Counted from the stretch's first letter, positions 12,141 to 25,158 are shown. The stretch is 64,000 bases of DNA from Acanthaster planci (GCF_001949145.1 NW_019091355.1:2131107-2195106); one strand, 5' to 3'. A program made the numbers and translations. The notes: generated from the letters alone by a model not told the origin.

Positions 12141-13610
12141 AACAAGGTCAAAAATCAATTTTTCTGAGTGCTAGCTACATTAGCCCAACTTAGTCACTTT
12201 CGCATGCTGTGCATATTTGAATTTTTGAAATGATATTTGACACGACTGCATTAGGGTGATGCAGATCAGTTAATAATAGTCTGAGCAACTTAGACTCTGC
12301 GAATTGCCTTTTTAAAGATTCGGATATGGTCCAGCGAAACATGGCAATGTATACACACTGTATACTCATCAGTCATGTCAGTGTGAAGTCACAACTTGGT
12401 CTGGAATCAACTCGCTCCGAGTCAACTCCGTCTCAGGTCAACTTGATCCCAAATCAGCTTGGTCTCGTCAATTCTGGAAGGCAGGCACCTGGTCGCAGCA
12501 TGAATAAAAATCTTCCAAACTAGTTTCGACACACTTTAGCATACCCGCTGTATTGAAGTGCATGTACACGTGCATGTATTTTGAGAATTCTGAAATTGTA
12601 CGTACTGTTCACGTAAATTTACTAACATGTTCATGAGATGCCTGGCCTTGTAATTTGGGAAGGCCAGGCACTTGGATGCATCATTAATTACCACAGATGA
12701 GAAGGCAAAATTTCTGTCTTTCTTGTCAGCTTGACAAACTTTGGCATATAAGTATATCCAGAATTCTAACATTGCAACATACATGTCCACAATATTTACT
12801 GTACACATATACATGTAGTCCTATACTGATGATGTGCAGCTAATACGCAACACCCTTGCCTGGTTCCCTGTCCAGTCATAAACGGCTTTCGGCAAATCAT
12901 TTGTAGCACGCCTTGCACTCTGTGACGTGACACAATAGTGACAAAAAAGCCGTCAATTTTGTGCAAGTGAGGCAAATTTGTGCAAGTGGAAAAACGACAA
13001 CAAAAAGGTAACATGTTTTCCTCCAAACAAGGAAAAGGTGAGTTTTCTGCAATTAGGAACCTAGGGGATAGTTTACCCCCTACGCAGTGAGCATATACCG
13101 GTGCAATTTCAGCTCATAAACTCAAGTGGATGTTTAGTTATGCCCTCGGATATCCTGGATGAAGTTTTTCAAAAGAAATCCCTATGAATCAGGAGAGGGC
13201 CCAGTTTATGACAGGAGTATACATTAGGCCCTGTTTACAGGTCTACCTTTCAATAGGCCTACGTCCATGATCATGTAGGCCTGCTACTATAAGTTGTATG
13301 TCAGATTGATTCGAAACTTCACATCTGTATTGATAAGGAGTGTTTTACATGCACGCCGAGTGTTGAAAAAGATTGGGCTTGGGACGGCCAAGATCTCGGA
13401 TGTGAGATGGTACAAAATAACCCGGCAACCTCAGGGTTAACACTGGAATAAAATTGACAGCTAACTTGATGACATTGATTGGTTTCTCCTGGCAATCCTG
13501 GTAGGAGGAATTTCCATTGTGTTTGTTGCATCAGAGGCTCCGCTGTAAAATCCTGACCACTATAGAGGGTGCTATTACCATTCCATGAAGCCTTCTATAT
13601 GACACAATAA

Positions 13611-14417
13611 NNNNNNNNNNNNNNNNNNNNNNNNNNNNNNNNNNNNNNNNNNNNNNNNNNNNNNNNNNNNNNNNNNNNNNNNNNNNNNNNNNNNNNNNNN
13701 NNNNNNNNNNNNNNNNNNNNNNNNNNNNNNNNNNNNNNNNNNNNNNNNNNNNNNNNNNNNNNNNNNNNNNNNNNNNNNNNNNNNNNNNNNNNNNNNNNNN
13801 NNNNNNNNNNNNNNNNNNNNNNNNNNNNNNNNNNNNNNNNNNNNNNNNNNNNNNNNNNNNNNNNNNNNNNNNNNNNNNNNNNNNNNNNNNNNNNNNNNNN
13901 NNNNNNNNNNNNNNNNNNNNNNNNNNNNNNNNNNNNNNNNNNNNNNNNNNNNNNNNNNNNNNNNNNNNNNNNNNNNNNNNNNNNNNNNNNNNNNNNNNNN
14001 NNNNNNNNNNNNNNNNNNNNNNNNNNNNNNNNNNNNNNNNNNNNNNNNNNNNNNNNNNNNNNNNNNNNNNNNNNNNNNNNNNNNNNNNNNNNNNNNNNNN
14101 NNNNNNNNNNNNNNNNNNNNNNNNNNNNNNNNNNNNNNNNNNNNNNNNNNNNNNNNNNNNNNNNNNNNNNNNNNNNNNNNNNNNNNNNNNNNNNNNNNNN
14201 NNNNNNNNNNNNNNNNNNNNNNNNNNNNNNNNNNNNNNNNNNNNNNNNNNNNNNNNNNNNNNNNNNNNNNNNNNNNNNNNNNNNNNNNNNNNNNNNNNNN
14301 NNNNNNNNNNNNNNNNNNNNNNNNNNNNNNNNNNNNNNNNNNNNNNNNNNNNNNNNNNNNNNNNNNNNNNNNNNNNNNNNNNNNNNNNNNNNNNNNNNNN
14401 NNNNNNNNNNNNNNNNN
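13611..14417. other. Assembly gap
   Basis: Run of N. Confidence 1.
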
Positions 14418-14750
14418 ATGGCTCAATGGTAATGGAAAGAGGAAAAAAAGAATAGAACACTGCCTTAATGGCACAATGGTAATGGAAAGAGGAAAAAAAG
14501 AACTTAACACTGCCTTAATGGCACATGGTAATGAAAGAGGAAAAAAAAGAACTTAACACTACCTTAATGGCACATGGTAATGGAAAGAGGAAAAAAAGAA
14601 CTTAACACTACCTTAATGGCACATGGTAATGAAAGAGGAAAAAAAGAACTGAACACTGCCTTAATGGCACAGTGGTAATGGAAAGAGGAAAAAAGAACTG
14701 GACACTGCCTCAACGCACAATAGTAATAGAGGAAAAAATGAACTGAATGC
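14418..14750. repeat. Minisatellite, ~47-49 bp unit, ~7 copies, abutting a gap
   Basis: Unit atggcac(a)atggtaatggaaagaggaaaaaaagaacttaacactgcctta. Confidence 0.9.
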
Positions 14751-15163
14751 TGCCTGAATTCCCTGACTGTAACACAGCAGTAGCGCCCCCACCTATCCAG
14801 AAAAGGTGACAAATTTTAATGTTTATAGCAAGATACCGAAAATTGTGAAATATTCTCTAAATTGAAGAATTCAGAGGACTTGACATTTCAATCCTAGCAG
14901 AATCTTTCTCGAATTTATGTGTTCAAGTTTCAACCAACACAGTTGAATTTTTAGTGACACGCACATGATATAAAACTGAACATTTGGAAGTGTAAATATA
15001 GAAAAGTTTGCAAATATATATTTGACCTAAAATGTACTGAAATACATGCTAGGTCTGAATATTTTGTGTATTCTGCTTTTAACATATTGAGATTTCTGTT
15101 ATTGTTATTTAAATACATGCAAATGTGCTGTGCCCTCTGACCTTTTTTGAAATTGCGCAATCC

Positions 15164-15444
15164 NNNNNNNNNNNNNNNNNNNNNNNNNNNNNNNNNNNNN
15201 NNNNNNNNNNNNNNNNNNNNNNNNNNNNNNNNNNNNNNNNNNNNNNNNNNNNNNNNNNNNNNNNNNNNNNNNNNNNNNNNNNNNNNNNNNNNNNNNNNNN
15301 NNNNNNNNNNNNNNNNNNNNNNNNNNNNNNNNNNNNNNNNNNNNNNNNNNNNNNNNNNNNNNNNNNNNNNNNNNNNNNNNNNNNNNNNNNNNNNNNNNNN
15401 NNNNNNNNNNNNNNNNNNNNNNNNNNNNNNNNNNNNNNNNNNNN
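15164..15444. other. Assembly gap
   Basis: Run of N. Confidence 1.
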
Positions 15445-16347
15445 AAGGCCTAGGGGCTGGAAGTCTGAGAGCTGATAGGAAGGGTAAAGTGGATGGCTGA
15501 GGGCTTAGGACTATCAGTATTAGAGCTCTGAGGATCCCATGGGGTTGAAGGACATAGCTTCTTAAGGTTCCATATTGCTATTGGGTTTATTGTAGCCCAT
15601 ATAAGATTGAGACTAAAAGGCTCCAAGAGGGAACTTTATACATGTATAGGGAGCTTGGAAGATGTTTGAGACTGGCAGGGCTTCCATGTAGGATGAGGCT
15701 GTAATGTAAAATCTAAAGATGGAAACAGATGTACCTTAAACTCTGGTCCAGATTAGGAAAAGGGTTAAGTGGCAAAGTACTACAGTTTTACAAATCGATA
15801 TACATGTATATGTACCAACAAGTTGTTCTGCTATTTTAAATAAATGAGCATTTATTTCACTTGCAAATAGAAATTAACTGGTTATAGCAATATACGGTGA
15901 TTGTTTTACATACACACAAAGCATTCTTGCAAGGTGATATTTTCAAATGAAACAAGTTTCATGTCAGTGCTAAAAGGTCCTTAGAATGCACTTAAAGGTG
16001 TAAAGTAAAAAAAATTGTTCTAGACATTGGTTTTGGAAACAGAATTGGTTAAAATTTAAACATGATGGCCGCAAAAAAACTAGTTTTATGACTAAAAAAA
16101 ATGTTCAAATCAAATATTTCTTTTGTGCACAGAGTAAAGCCCTTAGAGTGTTTTCAAAAATTACATTTTTTTGCAGTAATGACCTTTCAGCACTGAGCCA
16201 ACAATTTGCAACTTGAAGATTTGTGATAATTTTAAGTGAAAGACTTTTTCTAATGCTTTGGCAATATGGATGTGCAACTTGGAAAATACAAAATACACAT
16301 AGAATTTTGTCCAAGGAAAAGCTTATAAAGATGAACAAAGAAATTAA

Positions 16348-16418
16348 CTGGAGCAGGATTTGAACCTGCAACCTCTGAAATACCGTACCGGTGCTCTGCC
16401 AAATGAGCTATTCAGCCC
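16348..16418 (-). mobile_element. tRNA-derived SINE-like head
   Basis: Minus strand gggctgaatagctcatttggcagagcaccgg...ggttcaaatcctgctccag has A-box and B-box; stems degenerate. Confidence 0.6.
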
Positions 16419-17351
16419 TATGTCAGTGGTTCTTCCCATTTGTCAAATCTCTGTTTGGGGGCGAACTTGTTAAATTCAGAGAAGCCACTGGGTTGACTAA
16501 CCAGTGCTGGTATTTTGGCTGCCTAAATGGAAACACCATTCAATTTTTAAAAGCATGCAACAGTTACAAGCTTTTAGTCCTCAAAAGAAGTAGTATCAAA
16601 GTGTCTACTTTCCAAATGGTAATTATTTGCAAATTTTGAAGTACATTTCTAGCATCTTGATAACTGAACTGTAAACATAAATGTTTTTAAATACGAGTTA
16701 ATGTGTTACATTGAAAAGAAACAAATTAAAAGTGAACAATAGTCCTTCAAAAGCAAACTGACTAATTGTGTATTCAATTTACAGAGTACCCTCTTAAGTC
16801 ATGAATAATTTGGATATAAGTACAGTACAACGTTACTATACTGAACAATTCAGTTTACGAGACATGCCTCTTGGCTCCCAAATTTTCTGTGCACTTTTAC
16901 TGAACATCACAAATTTGCTTTAAATTAATGAAAACAATTATTTTAGGACTGATGACAGTGACACAAAAGTTAAGATGTCAATAAACTCCGAAATTGGAAC
17001 GGCCATGTTATGAGCCAATAACAAGCAGCCGCACAAGAGAATCTGTTTTACACAAACAAGAACACACATGTATGTATGTGTAACAACTGACATTTCAACA
17101 TAGGAAATAGCACCCTCTTTTTTCTGCAAATGGCAACCTCTCTGTTTAGCAAATAGCGCCCTCTTTTGCCAGGACTTTTCCCCATTTTTTAATGGAAATC
17201 GGAACAATTTGATTTTTAAGCCTACATGTATGAAAATGCGACTGGGACAGTACCAATGAAATCGCAATAGTTGGGGAGGCATGCTACATCAAGCATTGCG
17301 TATGGACCCGGCCCTGTTCACTATAGCAGCATTGTACTGTATACAAATATA

Positions 17352-18078
17352 CACTACTCAATAAAATTTAAGGATCAGACATTTGACAACCACGAATTCG
17401 AATTTTTTTTATCAATCATCATTTTACAGATATATTATAATAATATGTGATTTGGGGGAAGATTTGCAAACAGATACATGTTAGACATTGCATTATTTTA
17501 CTGAATAAAAGGGTTAACAGAGTAATTTTTTGATGCTGAGAAACATCTTCAAAGTGCTTCATTTCTGTGATTCAGAATCACAAATAGTGCCCTCACATTA
17601 AAGCAATATCATTCTAACTCATAAACAGCGCCCTCACATTACCGCGATATCATTCTAACTCATAAACAGCGCCCTCACATTACCGCGATATCATTCTAAC
17701 TCATAAACAGCGCCCTCACATTACCGCAATATCATTCTTACTCATAAACAGCGCCCTCACATTACCACAATATCATTCTAATACATAAACAGCGCCCTCA
17801 CTTTACCGCGACATCATTCTAACTTGTAAACAGCGCCCTCACATTACTTGGTTGAATCTCAATATTTTATAAATCATTTTCAGGGCCCTAAAGGACCTAG
17901 ACAAGGTGCTGACCAAAGTTTTTTTCAGTGTCACGAGACTTCAGTACTCTGTAGCGGAAGTTTCTTGTTTTGATGCTAGGAAATAGCCAAATTAAATGAT
18001 GCTCATTTTGTATGATGAGAATACCATTTGTATAAATAATTAATCACTATGTATGATCCTTTGATCCTTTGAGTAGTG
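17352..18078. mobile_element. Non-autonomous Tc1/mariner-type element carrying a minisatellite
   Basis: TA|cactactcaa ... ttgagtagtg|TA, perfect 10-bp termini with TA duplication. Confidence 0.75.
17582..17847. repeat. 41-bp minisatellite, ~6.5 copies
   Basis: Unit aaacagcgccctcacattaccgcgatatcattctaactcat, head-to-tail with no spacers. Confidence 0.95.
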
Positions 18079-20454
18079 TACAAATGCAGATAGACTTGCT
18101 CCATCACTAAGGTAGAAGCAAGGAACTGCATCTCTGAGAAGATTGAGTCCTTTCCTTGCCTTTTTGTGAATCAGTGCCTAACGGATTCTGATGAGGTTCC
18201 CTCATGCAATCTTGGAAACTGTTCCTCCTCAGTGATGGAGGCGAGGACTGGCATCTATCTGAGTTACTGCCTCTCCTTGACATTCTCATGAATCATCTCT
18301 GTGAAGTCCCATAGGATCTTGGCCTCCACCTTCCTTCTCTCCAGGTTGAAGGAGGTGAGGGCGCTTTTCTCATCAGCATCGTGGTTTGCTTCTCCTGGGG
18401 CATACCCACAGCTTTCATATGAGGAGGCCTGGAGAAGAAATTAATCACAAAAGGAAATAAGTTGATGCAGAAATTGAAACATTTCTTCAAAAATTATAGG
18501 ATCCTTGTATGCTCCTTATTTTACACATTTTATCTCATAAAAAACTGTTAGTGTCTATTGCTTTTAATCCATTTTCATGTCAGAAAATGAACTATGACAA
18601 GAGAATTCCTTTGACACTGCTGACCTATTACTTCTGAAAGCATTTGTGACTTGTACTCTTTGTTAAAAATATTTTTCTAGACACCCCTTTTGGGTTTAGT
18701 GAGTCAAAAGTGATGTTTTTAATTAAACACTTAAAATTGTCTTTCCCTTTTCCTAACAAGTGAGGGTGCTGTTTTACATTAATACTGTAACATCAATCAG
18801 GGAATACCACTAAACCCAAAAATCTCTGGACCAATGATTGAGCCTGAAAGTGTGGGCAGAAATATTTCAACAGTGTGCACAATATTGATGAGTTGGATAC
18901 AAATGGGAAATTCTGGATGGTGACTGAAAATACTGTTAAGTGTTTACAACGTGGTCCCTCTTTGTGCTTTGGTTCAATATTTGTCAACATTAATGCAGAT
19001 CCTCCTTTAAATAAGAGCTCTGAACACTTAAATTTTTGTCCATATTCACTGCTCACCTTCAAAACTCCCGAACAAACCCCAATAATGTATGTGATTTTAA
19101 TTTTTCGACTTTATTTTTGAAATGTTTTGACACAGTTCTCAGTGCTCTATCAGATAAAACTTATGTTAAATTTGCTTTTCAAAATATTCACTAAACAACA
19201 GGGATGTCAGGAATTTATCTGAATTTCACATAATGTGCACCTTGGCTTCTACAACTGGGCAATATTATGAGGAAGAAAAATTTAACCGTGCCGGGGTGGA
19301 ACTTTAATAAAAAGACCAACGGGCCAAATAATGTTTGATCGACAATTGCCAGTTGTCCCCAATCCATCTTCTTTGATGTAGAGCAGTGCTGCACAGCTAA
19401 TCATGAAACCCCAGGGGACAAGGCAGCCATTTGTTCATGGTTATTAAAAATGGAGACTCTCCTTAAATTATGCCCCTGCTGTTGTTGGTCTAAAGGTATC
19501 TTTATGTCTATGATTACACGCTTCATTTCATGAGTTTTACTAAAACTATGAAACCAAATTGCTCCTTGAACATGTTGAACATGTCTCAGGAAATGCGGAC
19601 CAGTGATCAATGGTAATTTGTCATGAAACAGCAACAAACAATGAAGGAAAAGGAACTTTAGGCCAGGAAAATGTGAGCAATTCCAGTACAGTGGGTGCAC
19701 TCAATTAGCTTGCCCTGGTTACAAGGGTTTAACCTCATCCCTATCGTCTTGCTTGGTTGACACAATGCACACAACCAACACTAGGTCAGGGTTGCCCTAA
19801 AAGCTAGCCACAAGAACCCAAGGCCTTAAGGGTGGATCCAGGACCCAATGTTTTTTCAGGGGGGCGGGGACAAACTTGATTCTGGGGGCAATTTTTTTTT
19901 TTATTTTTAAAGTTGTTTGAGGGGTTGGGCTACATTTCCATTTTTCAAAAGATGGAAAATGAAAAAGACGAAAACATCCTTTCATTTTTTCAAATAAAAA
20001 CAATTTTTGCTCCTTTTTTGGTCACGACCCCAATTGGTCCCGCCATCCTTTCCCGGATTCGTCTTAGCAGAAACCACCAATGATATGAAACACAGGACTC
20101 TTACCTGTGCTACTTACATGTATAATGTAACCTGCCTCTTCACTTTGGAGATTTCATCGGTCAGTCCACTCGCACCATGATGCTAGCCAGCCTCAACGTT
20201 CATGTAGGCAGCCATGGCATTACATTCACCAGGCAATGAGGCCTTCCCATATCAAAACACAGGCAAAAATGACAAAAAAAGAGAAAATGTCACCTAAGGT
20301 TTTTCAGTCACACTGTAATAATGATTTTTTCTCCAAATGAGCAAAACAGCCATGTTTCAACCCATCACCATCTACAGTCTTTTTTTGGGTTGCTGTTAAA
20401 TCCATAAGACCATACAGTGCTGGGGAGTGCAGGGTGTAACAGGCTGGGTGGGGT

Positions 20455-20744
20455 CAGGGCCCAATTTCATGGGGCTTCTTAACACAGAAGAAAAAAACAT
20501 ACTAGCCTTAGCAGAAAAGTCTGCTAACCTTGAGCACTATTTCATGGTGTTGCTGGGGGGGGATGTGCTAACAGTTGTGTGTGGATAGAGATTTCTGTTG
20601 TTACATCACTAAGTTGAAGCAAATCTTTCCTCCAAGGTTAAGATGCACTTGGCTGTACTTACTGTTTACAGTGTGCATGAAATACTCAGAGCCTCTGTAA
20701 GCGTGAAATCGTGTGCTAAGCAGCGCCAAGAAATTGGGCCCTGA
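20455..20744. mobile_element. MITE
   Basis: TIRs tcagggcccaatttc / gaaattgggccctga. Confidence 0.7.
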
Positions 20745-20754
20745 TTGTTACCAG

Positions 20755-21043
20755 CAAGGTTCCCACAAACTCTGAAAATCAAATTCAGTGACCCTTCCTG
20801 CACTTTCCAGAACTAAAATACATGCATGACAATTTCCATGGCATTTGATGCCACTCCGCACAGAAAATGTGTTTGGTATAATAAACAGGAAGACTGCCAT
20901 AGCCACTATCCATAACCACCATCAAAATCACCCTTGTGTGATCTTGATTTCCATAACTTTTCCTCAGACCAATTTTCTGTGAGTTTTCCATGACTTTCCG
21001 GGACAACTTTTCCCCAGGATTTTCAATGACTGTGGGAACCCTG
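20755..21043. mobile_element. MITE
   Basis: TIRs caaggttcccaca / tgtgggaaccctg; no clear TSD. Confidence 0.6.
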
Positions 21044-21573
21044 TACAAGGACAAATGGGTTCAAAGTACTGTACAGTCTATCATTTGCAGTTATCCAAAA
21101 GGTATCCAAATTGTTGTTGGAAAGCATACTTGGTTTAGATTGAGGACTAAATTCTGTGAGAAACTGTTCTTTCTGGCAAACAATCATCAGAAGCAATGAT
21201 TTCAAGCAGGCACCTTTTCAAATTTCAAGTTTCTATAATTCATCAGTTCAGGGGATGACAAGGTGTAGCTGCATTCAACTGAATATGAGAATCTTTCTCA
21301 GATGCTGAATTCAGGCACAATTTAAAACAGGACTCGGCAACTTTTGATCTGAAATCTTAAGTCCCAGAATAGTTTTCTCAGAATATGGAGCATCATTATT
21401 AAGCTGAAACTTCATCTTCAGCAGGTTCGTTCTTGCCTTCCCCCCTTAACATTTTGAGTAATTTTGTTGCATCAAGGGAAAATAATCCACAAAAGGCAAA
21501 TGGTGGACTGTACCTTTAAACAAATTGTTGCGACAACCAAAATACTGACTACTTGTCGTAAAATAAGAGATGG

Positions 21574-21706
21574 CTTACTCTACTGGGGCAGTGATGCTAG
21601 ATGAGCCCACAGGCAGGGGACCAACCACGCTGCTATCACCTTACTCTATCAGGGCAGTGATGCCAGAAGATTAGCCCACAGGCAGGGGACCAACCACGCT
21701 GCTATT
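21574..21706. repeat. Tandem duplication, ~66 bp x2
   Basis: cttactcta...gggcagtgatgc...agcccacaggcaggggaccaaccacgctgctat occurs twice. Confidence 0.85.
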
Positions 21707-23896
21707 ATCTTTAACACCTGGTAAAAATACAGTAACAAAAATGGGGGGAAGTTACATGTAAGCACTGTAACAAATGTACTTTTGTTTGAGCATGTCCCCA
21801 GCAGAGTTGTTTAAAAGGTGTGGCTGAGGCTAGAGCTAAAGCCACAAGTGAGTGGCTTCAGTCATTTGCCATAGACTTATGTAATGCTGTCAGCCTAAGC
21901 CGGCTGATTTGGAAAAGGTCCATCTTCAGCCAGTTGACACCTGTACAAACAACAGGCTTTCTCAACTTGACAAATAGTGAAAATTCTGGCTGTGTGAGTG
22001 GAAATTTCTTGATGAACCTCTGAATTTCACCCTAAAGAGCTGGGAGAGGGGAGAGGGAATCTACCCCCTTTTCTGACACTACTTTTGTGAAAATCCAACA
22101 TACTGTTCTATCTCGCACAGTACGTTTTTTTCTGAGAGAGGTCAACCAAAAATGTATACTTTTCTGCTGCCATCCCCAACTTCCGAGTGACTGTCAAACC
22201 ATATGACAGATTGAGATAAAAATTAGTCATGCATATGAAGTTTGTAAAAAAATCCAGCATTGGACAGTCCAATTCTTGGGGGATTACCGCAGGCTGTGAG
22301 GTGGTCCAATGTAACCGAGCTCTTTGGAGGGTTAAGATGTTAGGAAGTACTAGGGTCAAATCTACCTGCAAAAATTGATTTCTTCAGAGATGGCAAATAT
22401 GACTGACAAGTGACAGCTTTTCTACCTGCTGTTTTCTCCATCCACTCTTCTTGCTCNCTCATCACTGTCAGAGTGGCTGTCACTTGGGTCCTCACTGGAA
22501 CTTGAGTCTCTCTTAAACCCACTTCTTGTTTCTGATATCTAGGGCCTTTTTACACACTGTCTTTGGACAAAGTACATGTAAATGTACTTACCTTCATTGT
22601 CTATGTTACAGCTAACATCAGAGTCATCTTCATCATTTTCTGTGAGGCCAAACTCGTCAGAGCTGAAAAAGTGTAGACAAAGTAATGATTATTCAAGCAG
22701 CAAGACGTAAGGACAGCATAGAAAGACTGTGGTTCCTGGAAACCTTTCCGAATCCTAAAAAATCCTCAACAGAATGATACATTCTCCAAAATTCTACGGA
22801 CACATCAAGTCCCATTAGAATTCAAAGAGGCTGGGCTGGGCTCTGGTCAATTTTGAAGGATCTGGGTAGGTTGGCATTAAGACACATGTAAGAGTTACGA
22901 GTAAACTTGCGGGAATAAAGTTCACTTTCTCAATCCAACTTGTCATTGAACAACGTGGTGCTGGGAAGGAACTTACATGTACTCAGGTTCTTCGCTCTCC
23001 ACTGATGCTGCCGTCTCATTAGCCACTCCTTGCTCCATCATCTTCTCTCAATGACTTCCTCCTACAATAAAAACAGAAAACAAAAAATACATCCCTTCGG
23101 CTTTTACTGTTGTAACAGCAACTTCCATCATTTATTGTTGAAACCTTTGCACAACCCCTAACTTTGGTGCAGTTTGATTTTTTGCCTCCAGTGCCTTGCT
23201 GGAGCAACATTTTTACCTCAAATTTCAAAGTAAGTGAAATTTCATCAAACTCCCTCTAATCTAATTCAAAACTCCTGATTTTACTCACCCACTACAACTT
23301 CCCAAGACAATTTTTATTTTGGCTCAATTTTCCATTTTTTTTTCTTCAGTGCAAAGTGGACACTTCTAAACCTGCTCCAAAATTCAAAAATACTTTTCTA
23401 ATAAACCTTTGTTTAAGTGTATGTAAATTGAGGGCACAATAGAAATGATTAAGTTTACAGAACTTCTCAAATGTTTACTTGGGGTTTTGGGCAATTTTTT
23501 CAAGTGTGCCACGAGAAGGAACACGAACAGTCAAGATGCAATGGCACAATTACTTGATATCCTGGATGTTAGTCGAGATGTACCCGGTAGGCCTACATGT
23601 ATGGAAAGAAATCTATTACCGATGCCATTAATATTTCCCCACAGTGACCTAACATTATTAGTATAGGTACCACCAGCCATCTCAAAGCAATAAAACTGTG
23701 TCCTAAAAGGTCAAAATTTAGCAGTGAAAATGTTGCTGGTATTCACTTAGAAAACACTTGAGAATTCCAGACCAGTGTCATAAGGTTTCTTCCTCCATGG
23801 TCCATTTGTGAAAAGGGTGTCAAGCCACATCCATATTACATCTACATTTATTTATCTGATCATCCAACAGCGCATTTAGCACCAATTACAGGATGA

Positions 23897-24336
23897 NNNN
23901 NNNNNNNNNNNNNNNNNNNNNNNNNNNNNNNNNNNNNNNNNNNNNNNNNNNNNNNNNNNNNNNNNNNNNNNNNNNNNNNNNNNNNNNNNNNNNNNNNNNN
24001 NNNNNNNNNNNNNNNNNNNNNNNNNNNNNNNNNNNNNNNNNNNNNNNNNNNNNNNNNNNNNNNNNNNNNNNNNNNNNNNNNNNNNNNNNNNNNNNNNNNN
24101 NNNNNNNNNNNNNNNNNNNNNNNNNNNNNNNNNNNNNNNNNNNNNNNNNNNNNNNNNNNNNNNNNNNNNNNNNNNNNNNNNNNNNNNNNNNNNNNNNNNN
24201 NNNNNNNNNNNNNNNNNNNNNNNNNNNNNNNNNNNNNNNNNNNNNNNNNNNNNNNNNNNNNNNNNNNNNNNNNNNNNNNNNNNNNNNNNNNNNNNNNNNN
24301 NNNNNNNNNNNNNNNNNNNNNNNNNNNNNNNNNNNN
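23897..24336. other. Assembly gap
   Basis: Run of N. Confidence 1.
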
Positions 24337-24617
24337 AAGAACTGTGGGGTATGCCTGCAGGATGTTCTAAAGTCACTAATCTGTGTGACTTGCGCCATGT
24401 TTGTTTATACAGGGTTGCAATGCTATCTGTTTTTTGAATCCAGCCTTTGAGGTATCATGACCAGTGATGCAAATTCAACTTTTTCAAATTTCACGAGAGC
24501 AACCTTAAGGTACCCACATGTATAGCTCTTGAAACCTGTGTAATTAACGCCTACCCCCAGAACTGAAGGGTCTGACGTCCGCCCCGCTCGTGGACATCAG
24601 ACCCAGCACAGATTTCT

Positions 24618-25158
24618 GGGCTTACATCATATATGGGAGGCCCATACAGCTGAGTACAGGGACCGCATCTGACCCAACGACTTGAGGGAAAAACAGTTTG
24701 GAAGATGTGTGTCTTAGTGGGCATGTAGGCCTGCTAATACTAAAGTTACTCATGTCATTTTCAGTGAAATGGGCCATGTACATGTACTGACTACTGTAGC
24801 CAGTGAGTGCAGGCCTGCCTCGTGTTGATCCTAGTCCTACCGGTTCATGTAGGATTTGTCTCAACATGGTCTTTTCAACTGAAGAACTAGGCCTATGATT
24901 TATGAATTTTACAGCATGGAATAATAAAAGCAAAATCCATTGTACTTACTCCATCAATGTCATCACGTAGGAACTAGGTGTGCCATCAGCGATTCTTCAG
25001 ACTAATTTCTTAATGATGATCCACGAAGTCGCGAAAATAAACGGATTAAAGAGACCACCGTGCGCTCAGCATACATTTACTACACGTGTGCACGTGTGCC
25101 ACTGCGTCCACGTGTTGTTTGCAGTGTGTCTAGTTCGTAGTATAGCCGGTCCGTCATA
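24618..25158 (-). repeat. Right arm of long diverged inverted repeat (partner 11050-12140)
   Basis: Same anchors in collinear reverse order at 25109-25123, 24862-24876, 24824-24840 and 24743-24761. Confidence 0.9.

Larger units (their letters stand above)
18081..23061 (-). pseudogene. Decayed multi-exon gene of unknown family
   Basis: Exon-like blocks, most with AG/GT ends: 23061-22977 (MMEQGVANETAASVESEEPEY), 22662-22592 (SDEFGLTENDEDDSDVSCNIDNE), 22531-22426, 22365-22288, 21940-~21760, ~20250-20132 and 18428-18081. In-frame stops at 18266, 18257, 18173 and others, plus one phase mismatch next to an N at 22458. Confidence 0.5.

Noticed and set aside
16348..16418. Functional tRNA gene
   Set aside because: A/B boxes are present, but the acceptor and anticodon stems do not pair well; better explained as a tRNA-derived repeat.
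17582..17847. CRISPR-like array
   Set aside because: Units are head-to-tail with no unique spacers, there are no cas genes and the context is eukaryotic; it is a minisatellite.
13531..24450. Long ORFs full of X in the ORF track (13531-14510, 15125-15500, 23876-24450)
   Set aside because: Artefacts of translating through N gaps.
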